Assembly: GCF_020745735.1 (NCBI RefSeq)
Contig: NC_083423.1
Span: 23,622,001-23,686,000 of the forward strand
Origin: Hemiscyllium ocellatum
Lineage: Eukaryota
DNA: 64,000 bases
Reading direction: 5' to 3'
Part shown: piece by piece, positions 49,771-62,839 of the stretch
Numbering within the stretch: the stretch's first letter is position 1
Layout: each line of letters starts with the position of its first letter
Translations under genes and position numbers: made by a program
The notes under the pieces: model-generated
Databases searched by the model: none
Told to the model about the DNA's origin: nothing
Seen by the model: only the letters and a program-made list of their open reading frames with translations

Positions 49771-50929
49771 CTCTTTAATTTTAAAGACACTTTGACTATC
49801 CATTTACGTTTTAGGTAAAATTTCCTTTCTTGGGTTCATGAAAGGTCAACTCATGTCAATTATCTTATCAATTACAAATCCAGAAAATTGCAATGGCTGT
49901 TTGGTGGTTTTACACTAGAGGTGGAATTATTTGAAACTACTTTGAAGCACTCCTGTTTGCGCATGGTCTCTAGTTGATCCTGAACATTGTAAGGCTAAGG
50001 CTTTGAAAGATGAGGCATTTATTCCAAATTATAGCATTGACTTTTGATGCCGATGAGGTCTCAAATTCTTAAAGCTATACCAAAACATTTCATGAGGTTC
50101 AGGAAACCTTAGTCTCCCATTCAATATGAAAGAAAATATATAAAATCAACTTTATTTTCAATTTAAAATTCCATTCTGTCACCATGGAGAAATATCCACC
50201 TAAATTAAGAAACGTAAGTCTATCAATGGCCATTATATTGTTGAACATGGAGCTGTATAAAGGATATTGTTTGGTGAATTTAGAGGTTAACAGCTGTCTG
50301 GAGAAAGAATTAGCTCTGTTATAAGTTCTAAAACGACAAAGAGAAATATTGTCAGAGGCAGTTGTGTCCCTTCATGTAAACTTAAGAAAACTTCAAGAAC
50401 AACTAAATGTAATTTTACTTTCTTTTCTTGCTTCAGCATAATTAAAAGTTGCCAAAAGATTCATCATACAATTCAATTTCAACAAATAAATAATTTTGAG
50501 CTTTTCTCTGACTTTAACAGGACCCACAAAGCACAAAAATGTTACCACAATTTTCACCAGCCCTGTGAATTAAAAAAACAGGTAAACATGGCAGACCATT
50601 TGCAACATCACCAATAAACTGCATAATTGTATGATCCCATTATAAGATCTGTTCAGATCATTTTAACGATTATTATCACAGTAGCATTCTGCTTTTTTCT
50701 GCTTTCTAGTACTTACAAATAATTTTAAAAATCATTCAAAAATCATTCAGAAGTTATCAATTATCTATGCGGTCATCTTACATTCACAACTAATCATTTT
50801 CACATAATTCAAGAAAACACAGTATGCGTGTTGCAATTCAACATCAAGAAATATTCTAGAAACCTGACTGGACTGGCCTCATAAGCACTGTGCTATGAGA
50901 ATAGGGCAGGGGTCAGGCATTCTGAGGTA

Positions 50930-51370
50930 AATAGCTCTCACTTCCTGATCCCCAAAGCCTGTCCACTATTTACAGGACACAGATTAGACGTATATGGAAT
51001 ACAACCTGTTTGCCTGGATGAATGCAACTCCAACAACACCCGTTTTGTTGCAGAGTACCATCTACAAGAAACATTTAACCCAGCAACTCACTTCCAGCAG
51101 CACTTTCTAAATCTGTACCCTCTTGGACCTGGAACAAGAAAATCATGCACATGGGAACAGCAGCACCAAGTTCCCCTCCGAGACACTCATCATCCTCACT
51201 TGAAATTATAATTGCTAGGTCAAAATCCTGGAACTCTCTCCTTAACAGAACTGCAGGTCGATAAGGCACCACAAACTGCAGCACTTCAAGTAGTTCACCC
51301 CCTTCTAAAGGACAATTAGAACAAATGTTGACCGAACCAGTAACATCTATATCCCATGAACAAATAAAAC
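50930..51370 (+). mobile_element. Old LINE 3'-end remnant
   Basis: Similar to the remnants at 49470-49770, 36260-36440 and (reversed) 61050-61440. Confidence 0.55.
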
Positions 51371-53737
51371 TCGGTTAATCATAATAAGTGCAATTTAGTT
51401 CTAATCACATTATGTTGACTAAACACCAAACAGATTAAATGAATCCAAGTAAAACATTCTTATGAAAAATACAAATCATGTAACTTTTATGTTCTTTTCA
51501 TTCTTTCCAAGTGACTGTAATATAACTGAAGAAAATATGAGCTTTCACATTTAAATAACCTCCTAACAGTCTTCCACAAAAGGGAAAAATGCAGGACTAT
51601 AGCCAGAAGCACTCAGACTTTCAAACTGGCTTTTTAGAAAAATTGCACAATTTAATGATGGAAAGGGGTGGGCAGGAAAGTTATTCTTTTGCTCCTCCTT
51701 TATCCTTTTTCTCTCGATTATTTTCAATTCTGCATCTGTACCCTGCTTTTCAATTTCTGATGTTTGATGTTTAACCTCCTCAGGAATGACGGTTGATAAT
51801 TGTAACTGAGGTGGCCCTCAGATTCATCAGAAGCACCAACTTGATCAACCTGTGAATAATTCACACCCTTTTAATGCCTGTCTGAGGTGACTTCAGCACC
51901 ACTCTTTTGCATTAATAAGAACAATTAATCCTGTCAAAATTCTATTTTCTGACACTTTTGGGTGATGAGACCTTAACTTTGATAAATGCCAATATTGATT
52001 TAATCACAATATTCTCAATCTGCAGAATTCCTCCAGTTGTGCTGCCTCTGACCCTCTCTGTTTTGGGCTTGGTCATTGTTGAAGCCTCTCAATATTTCCC
52101 CACAACAGCCTGAAAACAGTATGACTGGTACAGGGGTTTCATGGTCATTGTGCAGTTAAAATGCCATGTGATGTAGTATCTGCTCTATTCCCTTAATAAA
52201 ATGAATAGCTCATATATGGCTATGTTCTTTACCCTGACCTTTGCTGTATGATCACGGCTGTGAGTTGGCACCCGTGAAGGGATCTCACATTATCATCTCA
52301 GATTTTGTTCATAATCCAGTTCTCCATGGTTAAAGTTTCACCGTAGCCTTTTGGGGATTTTGCAAAAATTGAAAAGTTCAGGCCAGAGCTGGCTCAGCGA
52401 ATGTTATTTTAAAAACTCACATCATTCACTTCAGTAGCAATTAAGTCAGTTTGTTATTCTGATTGTAATCACCTTATCCTTTATTTCAGCATAAAATAAA
52501 ATTTACAAATCAATATCATCAAGACACTTTAGAAAGCAGTTTGCAATTGATGATACCATCAGTCAGAGTGAGAGCATGATTAAACTAAGAATGTGTTCTG
52601 TTCTCGGTCCCAAAAATGCTATCCTTTTACACTGTTACACATTAGTAAGCTGGAATTGCTCCCCTTTGTCTGTTTGGCTTTTTTATTGCACATTACCTGA
52701 TCTGATCATTTATTGACTAATTCTTTGTATTGTCATTTGACATGCACCAACAACCATCATATACTAACAGCGATAACTTTAATGTTCCTGTTACCACCAC
52801 AACAACAAACATTTAATGCAGTGAAACATCCCAAGGTAATCATTGAGCAAAATCAACTTGAGACATTTTTCTGACATTGACTGATAAAATGTGCAAGTAG
52901 AAAAGGTGACTAAACATTTGTTCGAAGACGTAAAGTTGTAGGAGCATTTTAAAAGAGAACAGAAAGATGAAGATGTGTATGGGCATCAGGGACGGGGGAA
53001 TTCCCCTCCAGGGCCAAAGCCTGGAGATCTCAAAAAGTTGTAGGGCTGGAGAAGGTCAGACTGCTAAAGCAGAATGAGATCAGGGAAGCATTTGAAAACA
53101 AGGATGGGGGTCTTAAAACCTGAGGTGCTGTTGGATGGAGAGGCAGTGAAGGTCAGTAGGCTTGGTGAAGGGGCAATGAATTTACAGTATGGGTGACAGA
53201 TGTTTGGGTGAACATGAGCTCATGTAGTGTGGCCTCCTGGGCCTGAACCAGTTAACATTGGAATAATTGCATTCTGAAATAGAATATTGAATGGAGCTCA
53301 AGCTTCAGCTCCAAACTATTGCTTGGTAAACTAGTCATTCCTAAGAACATTAATTGTTGCTCGTTTAATCTTCAGCCTTCCCTTTCTCTCTCAGATGAGG
53401 ATCTACACTCAGAACCACATCTTTCTATATGGGTCTCCATAAAATGCTCCAATCTCTGGTTATGGATCCTTAGAAGTGCAACACACTCCCTTCTATACAG
53501 GCCCCAAAGGAAAAACCACACCTGCACACAGTTCTCTCAAAGCTTTATTAGAATTACCCTATTTACCACAGAATCTACTAAAGCTAGGTGATTTGACATG
53601 GTCTTAGTTATTGTGAGGGTCCTCTCACCTCTCAAAGCAGCTTGAGAATCCTGTCCTGAGCTCTGAACAGAGATCAGGAACAGAATCCCATCTTCAGAAC
53701 TGCACCAAGACACCCTGATTCCTAAGCCTGTGCTCAA

Positions 53738-53853
53738 TTAATCCAAGACATCATTGGGTGCTTGTCTGCAGAATATACCATTCCTTCGATAGAAAGCAGT
53801 TTCCACCATTGCCGATCGCCCAAAAGCTGGTTTCTTGTACTCAGCATCGTCCT
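53738..53853 (-). CDS. SPMIP1: Sperm microtubule inner protein 1 (ATP6V1FNB), coding exon 2 (EDDAEYKK...FYRRNGIF...VLD*)
   Basis: cttctcttctgacag acceptor on -, phase 1; C-terminal F(F/Y)R(K/R)NG motif of the family. Confidence 0.85.
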
Positions 53854-54139
53854 CTGTCAGAAGAGAAGCACAGCAATTGGTTGAAGGGCTCTTGCTACTT
53901 CCCACCAGATAGTCACTCCTTCCTGATTGGCTCATTCTACAATGCACACTTGGGCAAGGGTAGCTAAGCACTTATCTCAGGATAGAGACCCAGAGCAGAC
54001 ACAGGACAAAGCAGTGCTCACTCTCCATGTTCCAAGTCTCGAATAGAAAATGCATTCGGATAAACTTCTCAGTGGAACACCTGTTGACTGCAACACAATA
54101 GCTCGTGTGGGGATTTGCAGTCATCACAGGAACGCTGAA

Positions 54140-54278
54140 TAAAATGTGGATGCTGTAAATCAGAAACAAAAGCAAAGATTGCTGGAAAAGTTCAGCAGGT
54201 CTGGCAGCATCTGTCGAAAAAACCACTGATGCTGCCAGTCCTGCTGAACTCTTCCAGCAATTTCTGTTTTTGTTTCTG
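54140..54278. mobile_element. Foldback (hairpin) insertion made of two Penelope-type end fragments
   Basis: 51-bp arms with 46/51 complementary, 16-nt loop, flanked by a 14-bp direct repeat acaggaac(g/a)ctgaa. Confidence 0.75.
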
Positions 54279-54952
54279 ACAGGAACACTGAAGCTTTGAG
54301 ATTGGGTTGTGTTAATGAGACTAAAAACCAGAGGCAACTTTACTCTGGAACTAGCCTGTGTTATATTTGTTTTGAGAGAGTTTGATGGTGCAGTGTAGAA
54401 AAATCTTTACTCAGCGTCTAACCTGAACTTACCCAGGAATTGTTTAATAAGAGAGTGTGGGAGGTGCTTTACTCGATATACTATTCAGTCCAAATATATG
54501 AGTCCCAATAAACTCAGCCTGAATTGATTGAACAACAGTGAAAGCAGTATGATCATATGATCAAATGAAAGAAAAACACATGCACTCAGCCTGAGAGTGA
54601 AAAATCACCCCGAAGCAAACATTTCTGTTGACGGTCTGTTTTGCTTCCCAGAGGAAGACAGCTTTCATGTCTGGAATGGATTTGAGTCCAGATGTGAATG
54701 CCGGCTGTTGGTTAATGTTTGACACAAGGTCCAGCAAGGGTCAGCCTCTAACTAGTTCCCAATCCCTTTCATCATGACGATGGGCTAAACATTACTGACC
54801 CCTGCCTAGAAACAGCGATCCCAACTCCTTGTCCAGCAAGACTAATACTCCACTTCCAACAATACTGACTCCCCCAACTGAACTCTCAGCCTTGCCCCCA
54901 GCAGCAACAATGAAATCACTGCCTTAGCCTTGCTTAGCTGACACTTTCTCAC

Positions 54953-55391
54953 CTAATTTCCAGCCATACTCCCAGGAAGAGGTAATGGCATGGTTATATT
55001 TTTCACTAGGCCCTTTCTTTGTCCGTGCCTTTAGGTATTGGTACCTTCCTTTCTCCTCTTTAGAGAATCCATCGTAAAGCAGAGCTTGCACCTCTGGGGT
55101 GACAGGCCTCATCTCACTATATGACACTGCTGCAACTTTCTCTTCAGCTTTTGGCTTTTCCGTGTCACCTTCCGTCACCGAAGTCTTCTCCTCCTGCTCT
55201 GTTGATTTCTGCTTCTGGAGATCAATGTGAGGTCGCACAAAACTCTTCTTAAGCTCCGTCTGTCTGCCTGGTGTCTTGTTGAGTCCTTTCTGATGGTCTC
55301 TCAGCCAACATAGCCTCAGCAGCTCCTCTTTGGTTATGTTTTCTTTCCAGAAGTTTTGCTTCTCGTTGTCTGTCTTGAGTTTTCGCTCCAT
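54953..55391 (-). CDS. SPMIP1: Sperm microtubule inner protein 1 (ATP6V1FNB), coding exon 1; 184 aa in total
   Basis: QNFWKE, EMRPV...LLYDG.S....GRYQYL, ITSSWEYGWKL family motifs; ag|gtgaga donor; directly downstream of ATP6V1F as in human. Confidence 0.88.
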
Positions 55392-57994
55392 GGTCACAAG
55401 TCTTCAGTTGCTCTTGTCCATGCATTTGTGAAACACGGACATATACAAGGTGAGTATTATTGACAGGGCCCTCTTCACATACTGATCGAATGTCCATTTG
55501 GTATCTAAGCAATCAGTGTTACATTTACAATTGTAATGAGAGACAGGAAGTGACATGGATAATGAGACTAACACATTGCAACAGGAGAGATTAAATGGGT
55601 TGAGTCAAGTCTGAGATGGAGCACCCCCGAGGTCTCTTAAAATTATGAAGAGGTTGGACAGCATAGACATTTAGATGATTCGGCCACCTAAACTAGGGAC
55701 TATTATTGTAAGAAAATTACTAATAAATCTAATTCAGAAGCAGCTTCACGGAGTGTGGCTCAAAAATCAGGTAAATAACAGGACAGACTTACAGAAAAGC
55801 TGAATAAAAAACATAAGGATGAAAGAAAACGAGGGATCACACTGATAAGAGTTAAATGAAAAGGAGTGGACGGTGGCTTATGTGGAACACAAACAACAAT
55901 GTGGTTCTATTGAACCAAATGACCTACCTCTTTGCCACCAGTTTGATGAAAGTTGATATGCAACATGGCAGCAACATTCACCCTTGGAATGAATAAATGA
56001 CGATGAAGAAAGCAAAGTACTTGCCAAAAAGTATCACTTCTTGAGATAGTCTGTACTGGGAGTGAGGAGAACACTGGCTCCAGCCTTAGCAGGAACACCT
56101 ATAATGCTTTGCCAAGTACAGATCAGGATATACTTGACATTCTCACTTGTGTTCCAGGATAAGGATAATGTGTATATCATAATGAGCTGCTGGTTTCTTT
56201 CCAGAATAGGAAATTGAACCAGTTGGGCTTTATAACATGCTGCAGTTTTACAGAACCTTTCAGGTTAATCAACTGGATACATTTCTAAGATCTTTGGGAG
56301 TACATCCAGTTCTTTGTCATGGTTGAGCAATATTCCGAGGCCTCTTACTTAAAAAGATGATTTGGAGATGCCGATGTTGGACTGAGGTGCACAAAGTTAC
56401 AAATCACAACACCAGGTTATAGTCCAACAGGTTTAATTGGAAGCACACTAGCCTTTGGAGCGATGCTCCTTCATCAAGTGATATCAGGTTTAACCGTAAG
56501 AAAAAACTCCTCTCCTTTGCTTGGAAGTCTGGGTGGTGCTGGCAGAGTTCACAGCCATTTAAAAAAATAACATTGATACAATCATGGTCAAGGCAGCTCC
56601 AGATTCCTCCCCCTTGTCAGTGAAAACTTAGAAAGAGTTCACATTTAAACACAACCTTTCACATAGCTTTGTTATGTGAAACATCGGATTACTCCTGGGT
56701 CCTAATTTATCCAAAAATAAATTTTCAGAGCTTGCTCCGCTTATGTGCATAAAAATCACCTTTTAAAAAGGAATATTTACAGAAATAAGTTAACGATTTA
56801 TGTTTTTGTCATCATTAAAAACAATCTGCTTTCATAAACAGCAGGTTTAAGTATAGAAATTTTGTGCATGCATTTTTTTAATCAAAGTTTTGTCATATTT
56901 TGGGACTCTGGACAGCTTGAGTACACCTTTTCACAAATAGCAAAAACTTCAGGGATGGTGGGGCTTAGTTTCCAGCATAGTGCCCCAGTGGCTCAGAATA
57001 TCATACAGAAGTTAAACAGCCCAGCACCAGAACCTCTGCAGCTTTGCAGTGAGCAGATTCCTACACCTGGGGAGGGAGGAAGGAGTAGGGCAGTGTGTAT
57101 TAAACAACTTCTATTATAACAGCAGCTATAATGGGCAAGGAACTTCATAAGTGTGTTAACAGGCAAAAACCAGAGACTGGGCCCTAAGGAGCTAGTAGGA
57201 AGTAACCAAAAGCATGATCAGAAGGAGCAAGAGACAAATTCAAGGGGGACAAGCCCAGAGCTAGGGCCTTAGCAGCTGAAGGCACATCCACCCACAGTGT
57301 AACATTGACGGGGCGGGGGGGTGCAACTATAAGAGGCCAGGGTTGGAGGTTGACGGAGATCTCAGTTTTTGTTAAGGCTGCAAGAGGTTAGAGATCAGGA
57401 AGACCTGGACCACAGAAGTATTTGAACACAAGGACAAGAGCGCTAATTAGAAGAAAATGTGTTGCCAAATTGTAGGAAAACGAAGGTCTTCAAGAAAAGG
57501 GGTGACGGATGATTGGTACAAGTTCAGACATGGGGAACTGTCTTTCAATTGGACTGAAGTGTAGGGAAGATAGAAAGTGGGAGGCCAGCCAGGGGAACCA
57601 GGTATGTAACTACAAATGGCCCATGTAACTGAAAATGAGACCAAAGTTATTGAAATAGCGCAAGTGGGAAGAATTCAGTACAAAATAAAATCAGAAACTA
57701 GCAGCAAGATTGAACTTGGTGTTTATTTATTGATACAGATCAGGGCTCAGAACACTATAAACAACTCTTTGAAGAGCACAGGAAAAACTCAACAAAACTA
57801 GACAGGAACTGCATTCGGCACCTGTTAACCAGTACACACCAGGAGTGCCCAGGGTGCAGTGAAGATTCAGTAATCAACCATTGTTTTTATAGTATACCCA
57901 TTAAACAGCAACACTGACCTCTCACCAACCCTCAGCCCAGATGCCAGTGCTTGATGCATGAACAATGCCAAATAACTTCCAGCTTTATGAATAT

Positions 57995-58000
57995 TTTATT
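57995..58000 (-). terminator. Probable ATP6V1F polyadenylation signal (AATAAA); further overlapping signals at 57722-57731
   Basis: tttatt on + about 400 bp after the stop codon. Confidence 0.55.
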
Positions 58001-58401
58001 CAAAAACTGATTGGTTGGGGTCACTTTCTGTCCAACCTTCAGTAATCAAACAGAAATAAATCAAAAGGACATAATTAAACGAGGATAGGTAGAAATAGTA
58101 ACCTTCCCTCCACAAACAAATACATCCAGGGCAGGAACAGTGCAGGATAGATGCAAAACCAACAGAAGTTCACATCCTCTTACTGATGATGGTAAAACTA
58201 CTCCAGGAGAATGGAAATATCTTGACAGCCAGCACACCAAATTTGGGTTGGGACAGTCATCTCTAGCAGTAATGGAGAAGATGACTTCCCACGGGAATGA
58301 TTAATTTGAGAGCAAACTCCATGGTTTGCACAACACATTACAACACGAGAGTGAGGCAAGACTGGAGCGAGCAGCCACAGATCAGCGTTGGGCAAGTCCG
58401 G

Positions 58402-58603
58402 CTATCGGAAGTCATCAGTACTGAACATTCCTTTGGCGCGGCGCAGGATGGAGTCCTTGGAAGCATCATATGGGTGTTCCTTGGAAGGGATTTCCAACAC
58501 AGCAGGAATGGACAGAGTATGGGCATCAATGACATGACGAATCATTTCAGCAATGTACTGATTGATTAGGATGATCCCAATGTCATCACGGCTCAAGAAA
58601 CTC
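58402..58603 (-). CDS. ATP6V1F: V-type proton ATPase subunit F, coding exon 2
   Basis: [19 protein letters not shown]...[29 protein letters not shown]; tctttcttctgcag acceptor; TAG stop. Confidence 0.98.
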
Positions 58604-59499
58604 CTGCAGAAGAAAGACAAACAGGGACGTTTACTCTGACAGCTCCTGACTTTGCCAGCTGGACAGTACTCAGCCCACCAAAATCAAAAAAGAGGCAAAG
58701 ATTATCTACTGACCTGCACTTTACTATCGCCAAGAGGAACACAGTCCCCTGACTTTATCAGACACTCAGCAGTGCTTAGTGAACACCAGCTCTGTGTAGA
58801 CATAGAACCCACCACATCTGTGAGACGCTGAGAACAACACCTCACAGTAGAAACACTCCTCTTGCAAGCAGGCACGAGGCAAGCAGATGACTCAATCAAC
58901 AAAACCCACAACCACTAAACAGGAAGCTATCCCAAACTTAAAACAGCAATAACTTTTGGGGGTCAGTGGGAGATATCAAACTTATTGTCCTTGTTGGAGG
59001 AAGGGACACAGGAAAAAAGCCAGTCCTCGAAGGGTGGATACAAGTTGGAGGGAAGACTGGTTCAATCAACCTTGAACAGCAGCTAACTGACAATGCAACA
59101 AGCACTAGCAAGGACAGTGTTAAAGTCACTGGAGGACTCAGTTCCTCAAACATGGGCCAGATGAACCCTGTGCTACTTTCAGGATTGCTGCAGACGGACA
59201 AAGATTTCTCAATGCAATCTGCAGAACTCAAAACCAAGGGGCACCCCACAGACCCAGCCTTCCTGACCCACATCCACACCCCCAGGTCCCAGGGGGGATT
59301 GAGATGGTGAGGATAGACAACACCTGGGTGCTCCTCCTGCACCACTGATGACAAGCCCACACAGTCTGGGAGGGGGGGATCAAACGGGAAGGCTGCAGCT
59401 CCATGCCCACAGTGCGGCCCAGGGGAGACTGCAGCCGACTGACTGAAACCAGACTCTCACCAACCAGCAGGACACTGCCCCCGAGGATAACCCTCCAGC

Positions 59500-59940
59500 C
59501 CCAGGATCACCGCCCCCAGGCCCCGGCCTCGAGTCCCGCCCCCTGCCGCAGGCCCCGCGCCCATCCCCGGCCTCGAGTTCCGCCCCCTCTCCCTTCGCTC
59601 TCACTTGAAGGTCTCCTCGATCTCGGCCACACTCGTCTCCTTCTCCACCACCAGGAAGTTGGGCCGCCGGTTCTTGTTTAACTCCCCGATACCGCCGAGC
59701 AGGAAGCCGGTGCATGTATCCTCATCCCCGAGCACAGCGATCAACTTCCCCCTGAGCGCCATCCCGGCGTCTGGAGGCGGCGCCCTGCGGCCGCCCGCTT
59801 TATATAGACTCCGGGCCTGCGCCTGCGCACAGCTCCACCCAGTGCCCCGCAATGACGTCACCCATCGGGGTAACTTCACCGGCTTGTGCGAAAGTAGCGC
59901 ATGCGCATAATGGCAGAGCACTGGGGCTGACGTTTTTGCG
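59500..59940 (-). promoter_or_regulatory. ATP6V1F CpG island and promoter
   Basis: High CpG density; TATATAAA 59799-59806 (-), NRF1-like TGCGCCTGCGCA 59818-59829 and GCGCATGCGCA 59897-59907, full CRE TGACGTCA 59853-59860. Confidence 0.8.
59605..59762 (-). CDS. ATP6V1F: V-type proton ATPase subunit F, coding exon 1; 119 aa in total
   Basis: [41 protein letters not shown]; 158 bp + 202 bp = 360 bp; aa|gtgaga donor. Confidence 0.98.
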
Positions 59941-59969
59941 CACAGGTTGTGAAATGCAAACTCACTTGT

Positions 59970-60656
59970 CACTGCACCAGATACTGCAGTGGCACTGCAC
60001 AAAGCACTGTCTAAGACATTGCACAGGCACTGCACCAGAAACTGCACTGACACTGCACAAGGCACTGCACCAGATATTACACCGACGCTGCAAAGACTCT
60101 GTACCAGATATTGCACTGGAATTTCACAAGACACTATACCAGATATTGCACTGGCAGTGCAGCAGACACTGTAGCGAAACTGCACTGGCATTGTACCAGA
60201 CACTGCGCTGGCACTGCACCAGACACTGTACCAGATATTGCACTAGCACTACACAATTCAGTGTACCAGATATTGCACTGGCACTGCTTCAGACACTGTA
60301 CCAGAAACTGCACCGACACTGCATCAGATTCTGTACCAGATATTGCACTGGCACTGCACAAGACACTGTACCAGATATTGCACCAACACTGCACCAGACA
60401 CTGTACGAGATACTGCACCGGCACTGCACAAGACACTGTCCCAGATATTGCACCAGACACTGTACCAGATATTGTAGAGACTCTGCACCAGACACTGTAC
60501 GAGATACTGCACCGGCACTGCACCAGACACTGTACCAGATATTACACTGGCACTGCACCAGACATTGTAGCAGATATTGCACTGGCACTGCACCAGACAC
60601 TGTACCAGGTACTGCATTGGCACTGCACCAAACACTGTACCAGGTACTGCACTGGC
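59970..60656. repeat. 35-bp minisatellite (13+13+9-bp subunits; cagatattgcactggcactgcaccagacactgtac)
   Basis: Direct repeats immediately upstream of the ATP6V1F promoter. Confidence 0.92.
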
Positions 60657-61443
60657 TTTGCTGTATTTCTGGCTTTGTGGAAAGGAGGGGCCTCACCCAC
60701 CCTCCATAGTAGCTTTGCTGGGTGGTACCTACAGTCAAGATGCACACCTCACCTGCCATTGGTAACCTCAGAGCAAACACAGCTGGTCCAGATTATTCAC
60801 CACTGTGAACAACCCGAGGGAATAAATCATCAGCCCTTGGTGAACATAAAGTTCTTTTTATTTCTGTGGGGCAAGGTGGTGGTGGAGTTGGAGAGAGGTG
60901 ATGTTGTAGTGGCAATGCAGAGATACCATCCAATTCCAACACAGCAGCTGGGGAAACCTCAAAAGCATTTAATAAAACTTGGACTCAAAAGTTTTTTTTC
61001 TCAGTATTGGTGATTGTGAAACTATCAGCAAGTAGACCAGAAGACTTGTTTATTTATTCATTCATGGGATGTTGGCATTGCTGGCTGGGCCACCATTTAT
61101 TGCCTGTCCTTTGTTACCCTTCAGAAAGTGCTGGTCAGCTGTCTTCTTGAACTGCTGTTACCCATTTGATATAGCTACATCCATAATATCTTTAGGGGGG
61201 AAATTCTAGGATTTCGACCCAGTGACACTAAAGGAACAGTGATATATTTCCAAGTCAAAATGGTGAGTGGCTTGGAGGACAACTTGCAGGTGGTAGTGTT
61301 CCCAAATATCTCCGATCTTTATCCTTCCAGAGGGAAGTGGTCATGGGTTTGGAAGGAACTGTCCAAGGATCTATGGTGAATTTCTGCACTGCAACTTGTA
61401 GAAAGGACACACTGCTACTACTGAGCATTGGTAGTGGAGGGAA

Positions 61444-62515
61444 ATAGAAAAAACACACCGAATCATCAACGCCACACTCACAGGAATACGATTCACGAGA
61501 GAAGAGGAAAAGGATAGCCAACTCCCATTCCTAGATGTGTTAGTAGAGAGAACACCCAACGGAGAATTCACCACAAGGGTACACAGGAAACCAACACACA
61601 CAGACCAAGTCCTAAACTATGAAAGTAACCACCCCAACACATACAAACGAAGCTGCATCAGGACACTATTCAAAAGAGCCACAACACACTGCAGTACACC
61701 AGAACTGCGAAAAGAGGAAGAGGAACACCTATACAAGGTATTCACCAAAAACGGATACCCATGCAACTTTATCACCAGATGCCTAAGAAATAGACCACGG
61801 AACGAGGACATGCCACAACCAAAAGGACTAGCCACACTACCATACGTCAGGAGCGTCTCAGAACTGACAGCCAGACTACTGCGACCCTTAGGACTCATAA
61901 CAGCACACAAGCCAACTTCCACACTCAGACAACAACTCACTAGAACAAAGGACCCAATAGCCAGCACGAGCCAAACTAACGTAGTTTAAAAAATACCATG
62001 CAAGGACTGCACAAAACACTATATAGGACAAACAGGAAGACAGCTAACAATCCGCATCCATGAACATCAGCTAGCCACAAAACGACACGACCAGCTATCC
62101 CTAGTAGCCATACACTCAGACAACCAGGAACATGAATTTGACTGGGAAAACACTACCATCATAGGACAAGCCAGACAGAGAACAGCCGGGGAATTCCTAG
62201 AGGCATGGCATTCATCCACAAACTCCATTAACAGACACATAGACCTGGACCCCATATACAAACCACTACAGCTGAAACTGACACCCGGAAACGGCAAGAA
62301 CATCCATCAACAGACACATCGACCTGGACCCCACATACAAATCACTGCAGCTGAAACTGACACCCGGAAGCGGCAAGAACAAACCACTATAAATACCGGA
62401 AGAAACATCAAAGCAGCGCTTCACAGGAGGCTCCAATAGCACTGATGATGTTCCCTAGCCATGGAACGAAACGTTTGCAGCAAAAACTTCCAGCTCGGCG
62501 AACAGAACCACAACA
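61444..62515 (+). mobile_element. 5'-truncated Penelope-like retroelement (RT C-terminus + GIY-YIG endonuclease + pLTR)
   Basis: LPFLDV, RKPTHTDQVLNYESNHP, NVV*KIPCKDCTKHYIGQTGRQLTIRIHEH; internal tandem duplication at 62225-62380; agggaa direct repeat on both flanks. Confidence 0.92.
62438..62480 (+). ncRNA. Minimal hammerhead ribozyme motif (PLE-type)
   Basis: gca-CTGATGA-T-GTTCC(ctagccat)GGAAC-GAAA-CG-TT-tgc. Confidence 0.65.
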
Positions 62516-62839
62516 AGGGAATGGATGTTGTGCCAGTCAAGCAGGCTGCATTATTGTTGATGGCGTCAAGCAACTTTGAGTGCTGTTGGAGATATCAGAT
62601 GAGTGGCTAATATTCCATCACACTCTTGACTTGTGCCTTGTAGATGACAGACAGGAATCAGGAGGTCAGTTATTGAAGCAGAATTGCTAGACTCTGACCT
62701 GTTCTTATAGAAGTGGGAGATTCAGTAATGCCAATGCCATTGAATGTCAAAGGGGAATGATTAGGTACTGTCTCATTGGAGATGGTCATTGCCTATTATT
62801 TGTGTGACATAAATGTTTCTTGCCACTTTTCAGTCCAAA

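Larger units (their letters stand above)
61050..62800 (-). mobile_element. Old LINE 3' remnant, host of the Penelope insertion
   Basis: LINE-like sequence at 61050-61440 continues at 62520-62800. Confidence 0.6.

Noticed and set aside
59970-60656. Array of metal response elements upstream of ATP6V1F
   Set aside because: The repeats read TGCACTG/TGCACCA, which fail the final C of the TGCRCNC consensus.
59852-61013. Cys/His/Thr-rich ORFs resembling metal-binding proteins
   Set aside because: Translation of the 35-bp minisatellite; open in several frames, with no splice or start context.
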